64,000 bases of DNA from an uncultured Gemmatimonadaceae bacterium (GTDB taxonomy: Bacteria > Gemmatimonadota > Gemmatimonadetes > Gemmatimonadales > Gemmatimonadaceae): assembly GCA_963751275.1 (NCBI GenBank), contig CAVVTZ010000008.1, positions 55,621 through 119,620 of the forward strand, in the 5' to 3' direction. Both the position numbers and the translations under genes were made by a program. The notes below the pieces were generated by a model, which made no database searches, was not told the origin of the DNA, and saw only the letters and a list, made by a program, of their open reading frames with translations. Shown one piece after another: positions 33,581-48,259 of the stretch (position 1 is the stretch's first letter; the number at the start of each line of letters is the position of its first letter).

Positions 33581-34658
33581 CCACCGCCCCGAACGGCTCG
33601 CCGCGCTCCGCGCGCTGCTGGTGAAGGAGCAGATCGACGGCCTGCTGCTCACCTCGCTCCCGAACATCCGCTACCTCACGGGATTCTCCGGGTCGAATGC
33701 GCTCGTGGCGGTGACGGCGAAGAGCCTCGTGCTCATCACCGATTTCCGCTATCAGACGCAGGTGAAGGAAGAGGTGGGCGACTTCGCGCGGGTGACCATC
33801 GATCTCGCGAGCGTGTGGAACGCGCTCTGGCGGCTGCTGCCGGAATTCGCCGTGAAGACGATGGGCTTCGAGAGCGCGCAGCTCACGCACCGCGATTTCG
33901 CGCGGCTGATGCAGCAGGGCGACAAGTGGCTCTGGCGCCCGACGGTGGACCTCGTGGAGTCGTTGCGCGAACGGAAGGACGCGGACGAGATCGCGGCGAT
34001 CAAGCAAGCCGCCGACTGCGCGACCCTCGCGCTGGAGCGCACGCTGAAGCTCGTGCGGCCGGGGCTCACCGAGCTGCAGGTGGCCGGCGCGCTCGAGCGC
34101 GAATTGCGCGAAGGCGGCAGCACCGGTTTCCCCTTCGAGGCGATCATCGCGTCGGGGCCGCGCTCGGCGCTGCCGCACGCGCGCGCGAGCGGACGGTCCA
34201 TTGCGAAGGGCGACTGGCTGCTCTTCGATTTCGGCGCCGTGGTCGATGGCTACGTCTCCGATGTGACCCGGACGTTCGTCGTGGGCAAGGCGACGAGCGA
34301 GCAGCAGACGTTCTACGATGTCGTGCGCGTGGCGAACGAACGGGCTTCCGCCGGCGTACGGCCGGGCATGACATTCCGGGATGCCGACGCGCTCGCCCGG
34401 AGCTACATTGAGGGGCAAGGTTTCGGGGAATTGTTCGGGCACGGGCTGGGCCATGGCATCGGCCTGGAGGTGCACGAAGCGCCCCGGCTCTCGAAGATCG
34501 CCGATGGCGCGCTGCAGGTCGGCACCGTCGTGACGATCGAGCCCGGGATCTACCGCGCCGGGTGGGGCGGGGTCCGGGTGGAAGACGATGTGGTGATCGA
34601 GGGGGCGCGCTCGCGCATCCTCACCGAGTTCCCGCGCACGTTGATGGAATTGTCGTAA
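33573..34658 (+). CDS. Xaa-Pro aminopeptidase (M24)
   Basis: NIRYLTGFSGS, ALPH, DFGA...GY.SDVTRT, GHGIGLEVHE, EPGIY, GVRVEDD. Confidence 0.94.
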   Translation: MADHRPERLAALRALLVKEQIDGLLLTSLPNIRYLTGFSGSNALVAVTAKSLVLITDFRYQTQVKEEVGDFARVTIDLASVWNALWRLLPEFAVKTMGFESAQLTHRDFARLMQQGDKWLWRPTVDLVESLRERKDADEIAAIKQAADCATLALERTLKLVRPGLTELQVAGALERELREGGSTGFPFEAIIASGPRSALPHARASGRSIAKGDWLLFDFGAVVDGYVSDVTRTFVVGKATSEQQTFYDVVRVANERASAGVRPGMTFRDADALARSYIEGQGFGELFGHGLGHGIGLEVHEAPRLSKIADGALQVGTVVTIEPGIYRAGWGGVRVEDDVVIEGARSRILTEFPRTLMELS

Positions 34659-34689
34659 GTTTGCGTTTCACGCGAGAGCCGAGACGACC

Positions 34690-35184
34690 ATGATCGATCT
34701 GCGTTATGTGAAGAAACTGGTGGAGCTGCTCGACAGCTCTTCGGTGGATTCGATCGAGATCTCCACGGACAAGGGGATGAAGATCCGGATCTCGAAGACG
34801 CCGCAGCAGCGCGGCGCGGTGCAGGTGGCCGCGCCGATGGCGATGCCGGCGCTGATGCCGGCACCGTCGCGGCTCACGCCCACCGATGGCTCGCCGATCG
34901 TGTCCGAGACCGACGCGCCCGCCGCGGCGCCCAAGTCCAAGCTCCTCGAGGTGAAGTCGCCGATGGTGGGCACGTTCTACCGGTCGCCCGAGCCCGGGGC
35001 GGCGCCGTACGTCACCGAGGGCGGGCGCATCGAGAAGGGGCAGAGCCTCTGCATCATCGAGGCGATGAAGATCATGAACGAGATCGAATCGGAGTACGCG
35101 GGCGTCGTGCGCGAGGTGCTGGTGCCGGATGCGCATCCCGTCGAGTACGGACAGGTCCTCTTCCGGATCGACCCCAATGGCTAA
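34690..35184 (+). CDS. accB: Acetyl-CoA carboxylase biotin carboxyl carrier protein
   Basis: SPMVGTFYR, IIEAMKIMNEI. Confidence 0.97.
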   Translation: MIDLRYVKKLVELLDSSSVDSIEISTDKGMKIRISKTPQQRGAVQVAAPMAMPALMPAPSRLTPTDGSPIVSETDAPAAAPKSKLLEVKSPMVGTFYRSPEPGAAPYVTEGGRIEKGQSLCIIEAMKIMNEIESEYAGVVREVLVPDAHPVEYGQVLFRIDPNG

Positions 35185-36356
35185 TCCGACACAGGTCCCC
35201 GCGCCGGTCGACATCCCGTCACCCGCCAGCGCCGCCTCCTTCAATTCAAGGCGGTGCTGCAGCGGATGATCGAGCAGAACGCCTCCGACCTCCACTTGAA
35301 GGTGGGCCGGCCGCCGGTGCTGCGGATCAACGGCGATCTCTCCACGCTCGACGTGCCGCCGCTGCGCCCCGAGGACCTGAAGGTCCTCGCCGAGCAGATC
35401 ATGACGCCGAAGCAGGTGAAGGAGTTCGCCGAGAACAAGGAGGCGGACTTCGCGATCGGCGTCCCGGGCATCGGCCGTTTCCGCGTGAACGTCTACCAGC
35501 AGCGCGGCACGATCGCCTACGCGCTTCGCGCGGTGCCGTACCAGGTGAAGACGATCACGGAGCTGAACCTGCCGGCCGGTGGTCGAGCAGATCGCGATGA
35601 AGCCGCGCGGCCTGGTGCTCGTCACCGGCGTCACGGGTTCGGGCAAGTCGACGGCGCTCGCCGCGATGATCCAGCACATCAACGAGAAGCGGCACGCGAA
35701 CATCATCACGATCGAGGACCCGATCGAGTTCCTGCACCGCGACATCAACTCGTCGATCAACCAGCGCGAAGTGGGCGCCGACACCGGATCCTTCTCGGTC
35801 GCGCTGCGGCGCGTGCTGCGGCAGGACCCCGACGTCATCCTGATCGGCGAGATCCGCGACCTCGAGACGCTCGAGATCGCGCTCAAGGCCGCCGACACGG
35901 GCCACCTGGTGTTCTCGACGCTGCACACCACCGACGCGACGCAGACGATCAACCGCGTGATCTCCTTCTACGCGCCGCACCAGCAGGCCGAGGTGCGGTT
36001 CACGCTCTCGAGGGCGCTGTCCGCCGTCATCTCGCTGCGCCTCGTGCCGCGCGCCGACGGCAAGGGACGCGTGCCCGCCGTGCGAGATCCTCGTCAACAC
36101 CGCGGCGGTGCGCGACAACATCCGCGACATGTCGAAGTCGCTCAACATCCCCGACCTGATCAAGGAAGGCACGGTGCAGTACGGGATGCAGACCTTCGAC
36201 CAGTCGCTCATGCAGTGGTACACGAAGAAGGTGATCTCCTTCGAGCAGGCGCTGTTCTACGCGAGCAATCCGAGCGAGTTCGCGCTGCGGGTGCAGGGTG
36301 TGGAAGCGTCCAGCGACACGTCGTGGGACGACTTCCAGCGCGACGGCTCCGCCTGA
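35177..36356 (+). CDS. PilT/PilU-family type IV pilus ATPase; frameshifts near 35240, 35577, 36080
   Basis: ASDLHL, GRFRVN, TGVTGSGKST, TIEDPIE, QDPDVILIGEIRD, TGHLVFSTLHT, GMQTFDQSL. Confidence 0.9.
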
Positions 36357-36379
36357 TCCGCGCGGCGCGCGGGCTCTAA

Positions 36380-37736
36380 ATGTTCAAGAAGATCCTCATC
36401 GCGAATCGCGGCGAGATCGCGCTCCGCGTGATCCGCGCGTGCCGCGAACTCGGCATCCAGACGGTGGCGGTCTACTCCGAGGCCGACCGCGAATCGCTGC
36501 ACGTGCGCTTCGCCGACGATGACGTGTGCATCGGGCCGGCCCCCGCGCGCGATTCGTACCTGAACATCCCGCGCCTCATCGCCGCCGCCGAGATCGCGGC
36601 GCCGACGCGATCCATCCCGGCTACGGCTTCCTCGCCGAGAACGCCGAGTTCGCGGAGATCGTGCGCGGCGTCGAACATCGCGTTCATCGGCCCCACGCGC
36701 GCAGCAGATCCGCATGATGGGCGACAAGGCGGCGGCGCGGCAAGCGATGACCGCGGTCGGCGTCCCCGTGGTGCCCGGCACGCCGGGTCCCGTCGAGGAC
36801 GTCGATGAGGCGCTCGGCTTCGCCGAAGCAGATCGGATTCCCGGTCATCATCAAGGCCGCCGCGGGCGGCGGCGGGAAGGGGATGCGCGTCGCGCTCGAC
36901 GCCGACGACTTCGCGCGCGCCTTCCAGCTCGCGCGCTCCGAGGCGCTCTCGGCGTTCGGCAACGGCGACGTGTACGTCGAGAAGTACCTGCAGCGCCCGC
37001 GGCACATCGAGTTCCAGATCCTGGGGGACAAGCACGGCAACGTGATCCATCTCGGCGAGCGCGACTGCTCCGTGCAGCGGCGCCACCAGAAGCTGATCGA
37101 GGAGAGCCCGAGCCCCGCGATGACGCCGAAGCTGCGCGAGAAGATGGGCGACGACGCGGTGCGCGGCGCCAAGGCGATCGAGCTACGTCGGCGCCGGCAC
37201 GATCGAGATGCTGCTCGACGAGGACGGCTCGTACTACTTCATGGAGATGAACACGCGCATCCAGGTGGAGCATCCCGTCACGGAGATGATCACCGGCGTG
37301 GACCTCGTGAAGGAGCAGATCCGAGTCGCGGCGGGCGAGAAGCTGATCGATCACGGAGATGCCGCCGCTGCGCGGGCACGTCATCGAGTGCCGCGTGAAC
37401 GCGGAGGATCCGGCGCGCAACTTCCAGCCGTCGCCGGGGCGCATCGACGTCTTCCACCCGCCGGGCGGCCCGGGCGTGCGCATCGACACGCACATCTACG
37501 CGGGCTACACGGTGCCGCCGTATTACGATTCGCTGCTGGCCAAGGTGATCTGCCAGGGGCGGGACCGCGCCGAGGCGGTGAAGCGGATGCAGGTGGCGCT
37601 CGAGAGCTTCGTGCTCGAAGGGGTGACCACGACGATCCCGTTCCTGGCGCGCGTGATGCAGAACCCCCGCTTCCAGTCGGGGAAGATCGACACCAAATTC
37701 CTCGAGAGGGAAAGCGACCTGATGAAGGAGACCTAG
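36380..37736 (+). CDS. accC: Biotin carboxylase; several frameshifts
   Basis: [60 protein letters not shown]. Confidence 0.93.
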
Positions 37737-38483
37737 ATGCGCATCGACGTCGTCTTCGGCCCGGGCGCTGCGGCGCCGGCGCTCGTGAGCGGGCGCGCCG
37801 TGGCGATCATCGATGTCCTCCGGGCCTCCACCACCATCGCCGCCGCGCTGCACCACGGCGCGCGCTTCGTCGTGCCGCTCGAGAGCGCCGACGAAGTGAT
37901 CACGCGATCCAAGGCGCTCGACCGCTCCGAAGTGATCCTGGGCGGCGAGCGGAAGATGTTGCCGATCGAAGGTTTCGATCTGGGCAACTCGCCGCTCGAC
38001 TACACGCGCGAGAAGGTGGAAGGGAAGACCGTGCTCTTCACCACGACCAACGGCACCGCGGCCTTCGCCGGCCTCTCGGGCGCGCGCGAGATCGTGGTCG
38101 GGTGCTACGCGAACTTCTCGGCGGTGGCGCGTGTGCTGCGCGCCGCGACCAAGCAGGGCGCCGACGTCACGATCATCTGCGCGGGACGCGACCGGCAGTT
38201 CGCGCTCGAGGATGCCGCGTGCGCGGGGCGGTTCGTGAAGGCGGTAGGCCGCCGCGCGACCACCACCGTGCTCAGCGATGCCGCCGTCGCGTGCCTGCTC
38301 ATCGAGAAGCGCTACGGCGACAACATCGCGCGCCTCTTCGGCGACAGCGAGCACGGGCGCGCGCTCACCGACGCTGGCTTCGGCGCCGATCTCGAGGCGT
38401 GCGCACGGATCGATGGCTATCCGGTGGTGCCCGTGTACCAGGACCGCCAGATCAGCGCGGCGGACGCCGCGCGAGGCAGATAA
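37737..38483 (+). CDS. comB: 2-phosphosulfolactate phosphatase family protein
   Basis: [13 protein letters not shown]....[17 protein letters not shown]. Confidence 0.88.
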   Translation: MRIDVVFGPGAAAPALVSGRAVAIIDVLRASTTIAAALHHGARFVVPLESADEVITRSKALDRSEVILGGERKMLPIEGFDLGNSPLDYTREKVEGKTVLFTTTNGTAAFAGLSGAREIVVGCYANFSAVARVLRAATKQGADVTIICAGRDRQFALEDAACAGRFVKAVGRRATTTVLSDAAVACLLIEKRYGDNIARLFGDSEHGRALTDAGFGADLEACARIDGYPVVPVYQDRQISAADAARGR

Positions 38484-40788
38484 TGAGCATGTGGACGAAG
38501 GAGCACCGCCGCGAGTATCTCGCGATCGGGCTCCTGATGCTCAGTCTCTTCATGCTCGTCGCGATCGCGATCGGCCCGGGCGACGCGCCAATGCGCGCGT
38601 GCTACAACGTGCCCGGAGGGATGGGGCCGGCCGGCTATTGCCTGCGCTCGTTCTTCGTGCAGATCTTCGGACTGCCGGCCACCGTGCTCCTCGCGTTGAC
38701 GCCGGGCGTGTGGGGGCTGCAGGTGTTCGGCCACATGAAGGCCGAATCGAACCGATCGTGGTTCCTGTTCCTCTTCGGGCTCGTGCTGCTGGCGCCCATC
38801 GGGATCGGACTCGCGGAGCATGATTGGGCGGCGTCGGCGAGCAACCTGAGCGGGTTCTGGGGCGGTTTCTGGAGTTTCTATCTCGACAAGTGGTTCAAGT
38901 TCGGCGCCTGGTTCGTGCTCGTGGCGATGGTCAGCATGCTCGCGTTCGCCACGATCGCGCTGAACCCGATCCGCGTGCTGCTCGGCTTCCTGCCGCGGCC
39001 TTCGGAGGCGACTCCGGTCGTCGAGGAGGAGCCGGCGAAGAAGAAGCGCCGGAAGGACAACGCGCTCGAACCGTCGCCGGAGGAATTCGCGGCGATCGAA
39101 CCGTCGCCCGTCACGCTCGACGAGGAGCCGGCGCGCGAGAAGAAAAAGAAGAAGAGCAAGGCCGAACTCGCGGCCGAGCACGATGAGAAGATCGCCTCGG
39201 CGATCGATGCGCACGTGCACGTGCCCGAGGCGGACGACGAACTGCCGCCGCCCTCGCTGCTCGAGCCCGCGAAGATCCGCGACCACGCCGGTGAAGAGCT
39301 CGCGCTGCAGGCGCTCGGCGAGAAACTCATCACGACGCTCCAGTCGTTCAACGTGGGCGCGAAGCTGGGCGAGCACACGTCGGGACCGGTGGTCACCCAG
39401 TTCGAGGTGGAGCCGAACCAGGGGGTGAAGGTCCGGCAGATCGCGAATCTTTCCAACGATCTCGCCCTCGCGATGAAGGCGCAGAGCATCCGCATCGTCG
39501 CGCCGATCCCGGGGCGCGGCGCGGTGGGCGTGGAAGTGCCGAACCCGACGCGCGGAGATCGTGGCGCTGCGCGAACTCATCGAGAGCGACGAGTTCACGA
39601 AGGCGCGCGCGGCGCTGCCGATCATTCTGGGAAAGGATCTCGAGGGAAAGCCGGTGGTGGCGGATCTCGCGAAGATGCCGCACCTCCTGATCGCGGGCGC
39701 CACGGGATCGGGAAAATCCGTGTGCGTGAACACGCATCATCACGAGCCTCGTGTACCGGCACACGCCGCGCACGCTGCGGTTCCTGATGGTGGACCCGAA
39801 GATGGTCGAGCTGTCGGTGTACAACAAACTGCCGCACCTGCGGCACAAGGTCATCACCGACAACCGCGACGCCGCGAGCGTCTTGAAGTGGGCGCAGGTG
39901 GAGATGCAGCAGCGGTACGAGCTGTGCGCGGAGAACGGCTGCCGCAACATCCAGGAATTCAACAAGCGGCTGAAGAGCAAGGCCGCGATGAAGTGGCCGA
40001 AGCAGCCGAACGTGGCGTTCGAGGCGCGCGAGTACACCGAGGGCGAGCTGCCGTACATCGTCATCGTGATCGACGAGCTCGCCGACCTCATGATGACCGT
40101 GCAGAGCGAAGTGGAGACGCCGCTCGCGATTCTCGCGCAGAAGGCGCGCGCGATCGGGATCCATCTGATCCTCGCGACGCAGCGTCCGAGCGTGAACGTG
40201 ATCACCGGGCTCATCAAGGCGAATTTCCCGAGCCGGATCGCGTTCCGCGTGGCGTCGCAAGTCGACAGCCGCACCATCATCGACGGCATGGGCGCGGAGT
40301 CGCTGCTGGGGAACGGCGACATGCTGTTCATCCCGCCGGGGAAGAGCGACCTGTCGCGCATCCAGGGGGCGCTCATCACGAGCGAGGACACCGAGCGTCT
40401 GCTCAAGTGGTACGGCGACCGCGCGGCGGAGCGGAAGGCGGAACTGGCGAAGCAGGGCTTGCTGCCCGAGGAGCCGCGCGCGGAGGCGGACATCCTCGAG
40501 GAGATGCGGAAGCGCGAGGCGGAGGCGGCGGCGGGCGAGGGCGGAGAACCCGGCGATCCGAGCGAGCGGGACAAGCTGTTCCGCGAGGCGGCGGAGGCGT
40601 GCATCCAGAATCAGGGTGGGTCGACGTCGCTGCTGCAGCGGCGGCTTAAGGTCGGATATGGACGCGCGGCGCGGTTGATCGATCAACTGCAGGAAGCGGG
40701 GATCCTCGGCCCGCCGGATGGTTCGAAGCCGCGGGATATTCTTGTCGGGTTCGAAGAGCTCGAACGGATCGCGGGGCCGAAGGCGTAA
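38483..40788 (+). CDS. ftsK: DNA translocase FtsK; frameshifts near 39552 and 39735
   Basis: N-terminal TMs, [43 protein letters not shown], gamma domain [19 protein letters not shown]. Confidence 0.94.
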
Positions 40789-40805
40789 GGGTCTGGAGGC
40801 TATCG

Positions 40806-41358
40806 GTGCAGATCGGATATCGCGTGGCCGAGCGATTCTCCGCTGTGGCGTTCGGGGATGCGTGGCCGAAGTACATGGAGTTCCGTCAGCTGCCACAGCT
40901 CCGTGAGATCGTCGGACTGGATCTCTCGTTGAGCGGTCACGTGCAGCAGGAGCTTCGGGATTCCGACATTGCAGATGCTCGTTTACCCGGAGTTGTTCGC
41001 TTGTTATGCGGATGAACAGTCCGCCCTCCAGGGCGTTGCTGGACGCTACGATCCGTCGATTCACCAGGTGCTCGCCATTGCTCGCGAGCCGTCAGTGAGC
41101 GACTGGGAGGCGGTGGCATTGCCCGGTTTCGTATTCAAGGGGTGTGATCTGATCGATGAGACGCAGACCAGCGCTCTCACAAATTGCGGCGGTGGATTCC
41201 CGGAAGCATTCAGCCCCTCTGACCTGAACGAGTGCGGCCTGATCCCCTCGGTGACGCCCGCATACGAGATCCGCGCAGCTCTCGCGAAGAAGTATCTGCC
41301 CGAGGAGGCGCATGCCGACTGCACGCTCTGGGCAATATGGCGGCGGGAGTCGGATTGA
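40806..41358 (+). CDS. Hypothetical protein, lower GC, probably one frameshifted gene
   Basis: Overlapping ORFs 40806-41015 and 40969-41358; GGAGG upstream of GTG; atypical codon use. Confidence 0.6.
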
Positions 41359-41432
41359 TCGCTCTTGCCATGCTATTCTGCCGCATCACACTCTCGAGTT
41401 GAGCGAGCACTTCTTCCTCACGTGAGGTCCAG

Positions 41433-41826
41433 ATGACGGGTGAGAACCAGCCGCGTGGCGCCGGCGGAACGCCGGGCGGGATCGGGATGTTCGTCGGTGG
41501 CGCGGCGATGCTCGTCGGCGGCGTCTATCTCCTGCTCACGCGCGTCATCGTGAGTAGCGGCGGCGGCTGGTATTTCTATGGCTACAACGCGTTCGGGCTG
41601 TCGCTCGTGCCGCTGCTCGTGGGGATCGGGTTCCTGTTCTACAATGGGCGGTCGGTGGCGGGGTGGTTGCTGACCGGGATCGGTGTGGTGATCATCTTCG
41701 CGGGGATCATCGCGAATCTCAACATCTATTTCCAGGCCGAGCTCGCTCTTTGATACGCTGCTCATTCTCGTGCTCATCGCGGGCGGGATCGGGTTCATCG
41801 CGCGCTCGCTGCGACCAACCACCTGA
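41433..41826 (+). CDS. Small multi-pass membrane protein; frameshift near 41736
   Basis: GAGGTPGG start, Gly-rich TM segments; corrected tail ..LIAGGIGFIARSLRPTT ends at TGA 41826. Confidence 0.75.
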
Positions 41827-42010
41827 CGGCGAGGGTGACACCGCTGACGGCGAGTATGACACCGCTGACGGCGCCTGTGATCGTGTGGACGTGTAGCAAC
41901 TACATGCGTCGCGGCCGTTGCCACACGTCAACGATCACAGTCGCCGTCAGCGTGTCACCCTCGCCGTCAGCGTCGTCACCCTCGCCGTCAGCGGTGTCAC
42001 TCTCGCCGTC
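41825..42010. repeat. Long imperfect hairpin element, copy C (extra 21-nt unit on right arm)
   Basis: Left arm 41825-41900, 16-nt loop, right arm 41917-42010. Confidence 0.92.
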
Positions 42011-42073
42011 TTTCGGTACTCCGCGCAGAAGAACGGTGCCACACGTTTGGCCGACGCTTGTACGTTGCGGCCC

Positions 42074-42448
42074 ATGTCAGCGGACACTCAACGGCTGGGG
42101 ATCATGGGCGAACGGATCGCGGAGCGGTGGCTCGCGGAGCAAGGGTGGCGCACGCTGGGGCGCCGGGTGCGCAGCGGGCACCGGGACCTGGACCTGGTCA
42201 TGGAACGGGATGGCGTCGTCGCCTTCGTCGAGGTGAAGGCCCGCTCTAGACTCGGGTTCGGGGACCCGGTCGAGGCCGTACATTGGAAGAAGCAGCGGGA
42301 GCTGGTCCGGTCGGCCCTAGTATGGATGGACCGGTTCGGCGCCCCCAATTGGGTCTACCGCTTCGATGTGGTCGGGGTCATCGTGACGGACGGCAAGGCC
42401 AGGATCAAGCACCTTCCGGACGCCTTCGACCTCAGAACTGGCCATTGA
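42074..42448 (+). CDS. YraN/UPF0102 family protein
   Basis: G..GE..A..WL...G, DLDLV, FVEVKAR, RFDVV. Confidence 0.9.
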   Translation: MSADTQRLGIMGERIAERWLAEQGWRTLGRRVRSGHRDLDLVMERDGVVAFVEVKARSRLGFGDPVEAVHWKKQRELVRSALVWMDRFGAPNWVYRFDVVGVIVTDGKARIKHLPDAFDLRTGH

Positions 42449-42473
42449 CGGGAACGGGGTTGCTTCGTACTTT
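42445..42473 (+). promoter_or_regulatory. sigma70-type promoter of recA
   Basis: TTGACG-N17-TACTTT. Confidence 0.65.
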
Positions 42474-42537
42474 GTTCGGGTCGGGTTCGGGGTGGTCTCT
42501 TTGAGCACTTTCACGCGCAAACGGGGGTAGGCGAGCC

Positions 42538-43586
<1,049 letters not shown>

Positions 43587-43633
43587 CTCGCCGTTGCGGC
43601 TGGTGCGATGAAGAGCGTCGAGCGGGAAGGCGC

Positions 43634-44359
43634 GTGGATGCGGTCAACCTGATGAGGTCCCGGTCCCGCCAGCCCAACCCTCGGCGCTTTTCCGCGCGCG
43701 ACGAACCCCGCGAGCCCGCGATCTTCGGGCCGGATGCGCGGATCACGGAGATCTCCGAGTCCAGTCGCCGGCCCGGGCGCTTTGACGTGCTCGTGGATGG
43801 GCGGCGCGCCGCGCTGGTCTCGGTGGACGCGATCTCTCGCTTGGCGCTCCATGTCGGCGACGAGTGGACGGAATCCCTCGCCGCGCGTGTGGCCGCCGAG
43901 GCCGAGGCGCTGAGAGTGTTCGACCGGGCGTTGGCGATGCTCGCGGTGCGGGCCTACGCAGTTCGCGAGTTGCGCATGGGACTGCTTCGCAAGAAGGAGC
44001 CCGAGCCGCTGGTCGAGGCCGCGGTCGCCCGCCTCGTCACACTCGGCGCTCTCAACGACGAGGTGTTCGCGCGGCAATTCGTCCGCACGCGCGTGTCGCG
44101 CTTGGGGCTTCGGCGCATCCAATCGGAGCTTGGCCGCCGCGGGGTCTCGCGCGAGCTGGCCGCCGCCGCGATCGCCGAGGTGCGAGAGGAGGAGCGCGTC
44201 GATCCGGATGAGGCGCTCGACCGCATCGCCGCGCGGAAGCTCAAGTCGATGACCAAACTCGACGCGCCCACGAAACGCCGACGCCTCTATGGATTTCTCG
44301 CGCGACGCGGCTACGAACCGGACGAAATCAAGAGGGTGCTCAAGGAAATCGGGGAGTAG
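43634..44359 (+). CDS. recX: Regulatory protein RecX
   Basis: Downstream of recA; LND..FA, RI..EL.RRGV, FLARRGY. Confidence 0.88.
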   Translation: MDAVNLMRSRSRQPNPRRFSARDEPREPAIFGPDARITEISESSRRPGRFDVLVDGRRAALVSVDAISRLALHVGDEWTESLAARVAAEAEALRVFDRALAMLAVRAYAVRELRMGLLRKKEPEPLVEAAVARLVTLGALNDEVFARQFVRTRVSRLGLRRIQSELGRRGVSRELAAAAIAEVREEERVDPDEALDRIAARKLKSMTKLDAPTKRRRLYGFLARRGYEPDEIKRVLKEIGE

Positions 44360-44360
44360 C

Positions 44361-44388
44361 CCGAGCGCCCAGCGCCGAGCGCCTAAGC
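44361..44388. repeat. Short 7-nt tandem repeat after recX
   Basis: CCGAGCG-CCCAGCG-CCGAGCG-CCTAAGC. Confidence 0.5.
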
Positions 44389-44402
44389 CTGCCGTTTCAT
44401 AG

Positions 44403-47207
<2,805 letters not shown>

Positions 47208-47211
<4 letters not shown>

Positions 47212-47528
47212 CGATCGCCGAGTGGCTCGCCGGGCGGACGCCGGTGCCGCCGGAGAATCTCGCGGCGCGCGTGCGCGATGCGCTCGGTACGACCGCGGAA
47301 CAAGACGCCGAATTCACCGTCGTGCGGTGTCTCGATGCCATGGAAGCGCTTCTGGTCTCGCTCAAGGACGATGAGGAGGCCGGCCGCGAGCGCGCGCTGG
47401 ATCTGCTGGCCGCGGACGCGCTCGTGACGTACGCGTTCGAGGCCGCGGCCGAGAGCCCGGATCTTTCCGAGATCGCAGAGGGGGCGATGTGGCGGGTGGG
47501 CGAAGTGGCGGCGGAGTTGGAGCCGTGA
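47208..47528 (+). CDS. Hypothetical protein
   Basis: 106 aa ORF overlapping alaS stop and next start, host-like codon use. Confidence 0.7.
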
Positions 47529-48259
47529 GCGTGTTCGCGTCGCTCACACGCGCGGGTGCCGGCGGGCTCGCGGTGCTCGTGGATCCCGCGCGCACGAATC
47601 CGGTGGAAGGGGCCGATCTCGCCAAACGCGCGGCGGACGACGGCGCGGCCGCGTTGCTGCTGGGCACGAGCTTCGGCGGCGACGCCACCGCCGGCGCGCT
47701 CGGCCGCGCACTGAAAGCGGCGGCGCCGGAGCTGCCGCTGCTGCAATTCCCCGCGACCGCGGCGCAGCTGGTGGCCGGCGTGGATGCGGTGCTCTTCCTC
47801 TCGCTGGTGAGCGGCCGCAATCCGCAATATTTGATCGAAGAGCACGTGCGCGCGGTGCCGTTCCTCGAGCGGCACCCGGAGATCGAGGTGATCGCCACGG
47901 CCTATTGTCTCGTGGACGGTGGCCGCGTGACCAGCGTGGAGAGCGTGAGCCAGACGCGTCCGCTGCCATCGGACAAGCCGGAATTGCTCGCGGCGCACGT
48001 GCGCGCGGCGATGACGCTCGGCCTCCGCGCGACGTACGTGGACGCAGGGAGCGGCGCCGACCGTCCCGTGTCGGCCCCGATGATCCATGCGGCGCGCGCG
48101 GCATCGAAGGGTCCGCTGTTCATTGGCGGCGGCGTGCGCAGCGCCGAGGGCGTGCGCGCGGCGCGCGCGGCGGGCGCGGACTTCGTGGTGGTGGGCACGC
48201 GCTTCGAGCAGGGGGGCGCGCGCGCCGTTCGTGAGCTCGCCCTCGCGGCGCGGGCGTGA
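47525..48259 (+). CDS. Geranylgeranylglyceryl/heptaprenylglyceryl phosphate synthase family
   Basis: LVDP, FP....L..GVDAVLFLSLVSGRNPQYLI, YVDAGSGA, IGGGVRS, GAD.VVVGT. Confidence 0.85.
   Translation: MSVFASLTRAGAGGLAVLVDPARTNPVEGADLAKRAADDGAAALLLGTSFGGDATAGALGRALKAAAPELPLLQFPATAAQLVAGVDAVLFLSLVSGRNPQYLIEEHVRAVPFLERHPEIEVIATAYCLVDGGRVTSVESVSQTRPLPSDKPELLAAHVRAAMTLGLRATYVDAGSGADRPVSAPMIHAARAASKGPLFIGGGVRSAEGVRAARAAGADFVVVGTRFEQGGARAVRELALAARA

Noticed and set aside
41825..42010. CRISPR array from the 21-nt repeats
   Set aside because: Units are directly tandem with no unique spacers, are inverted across a centre, and no cas genes are present
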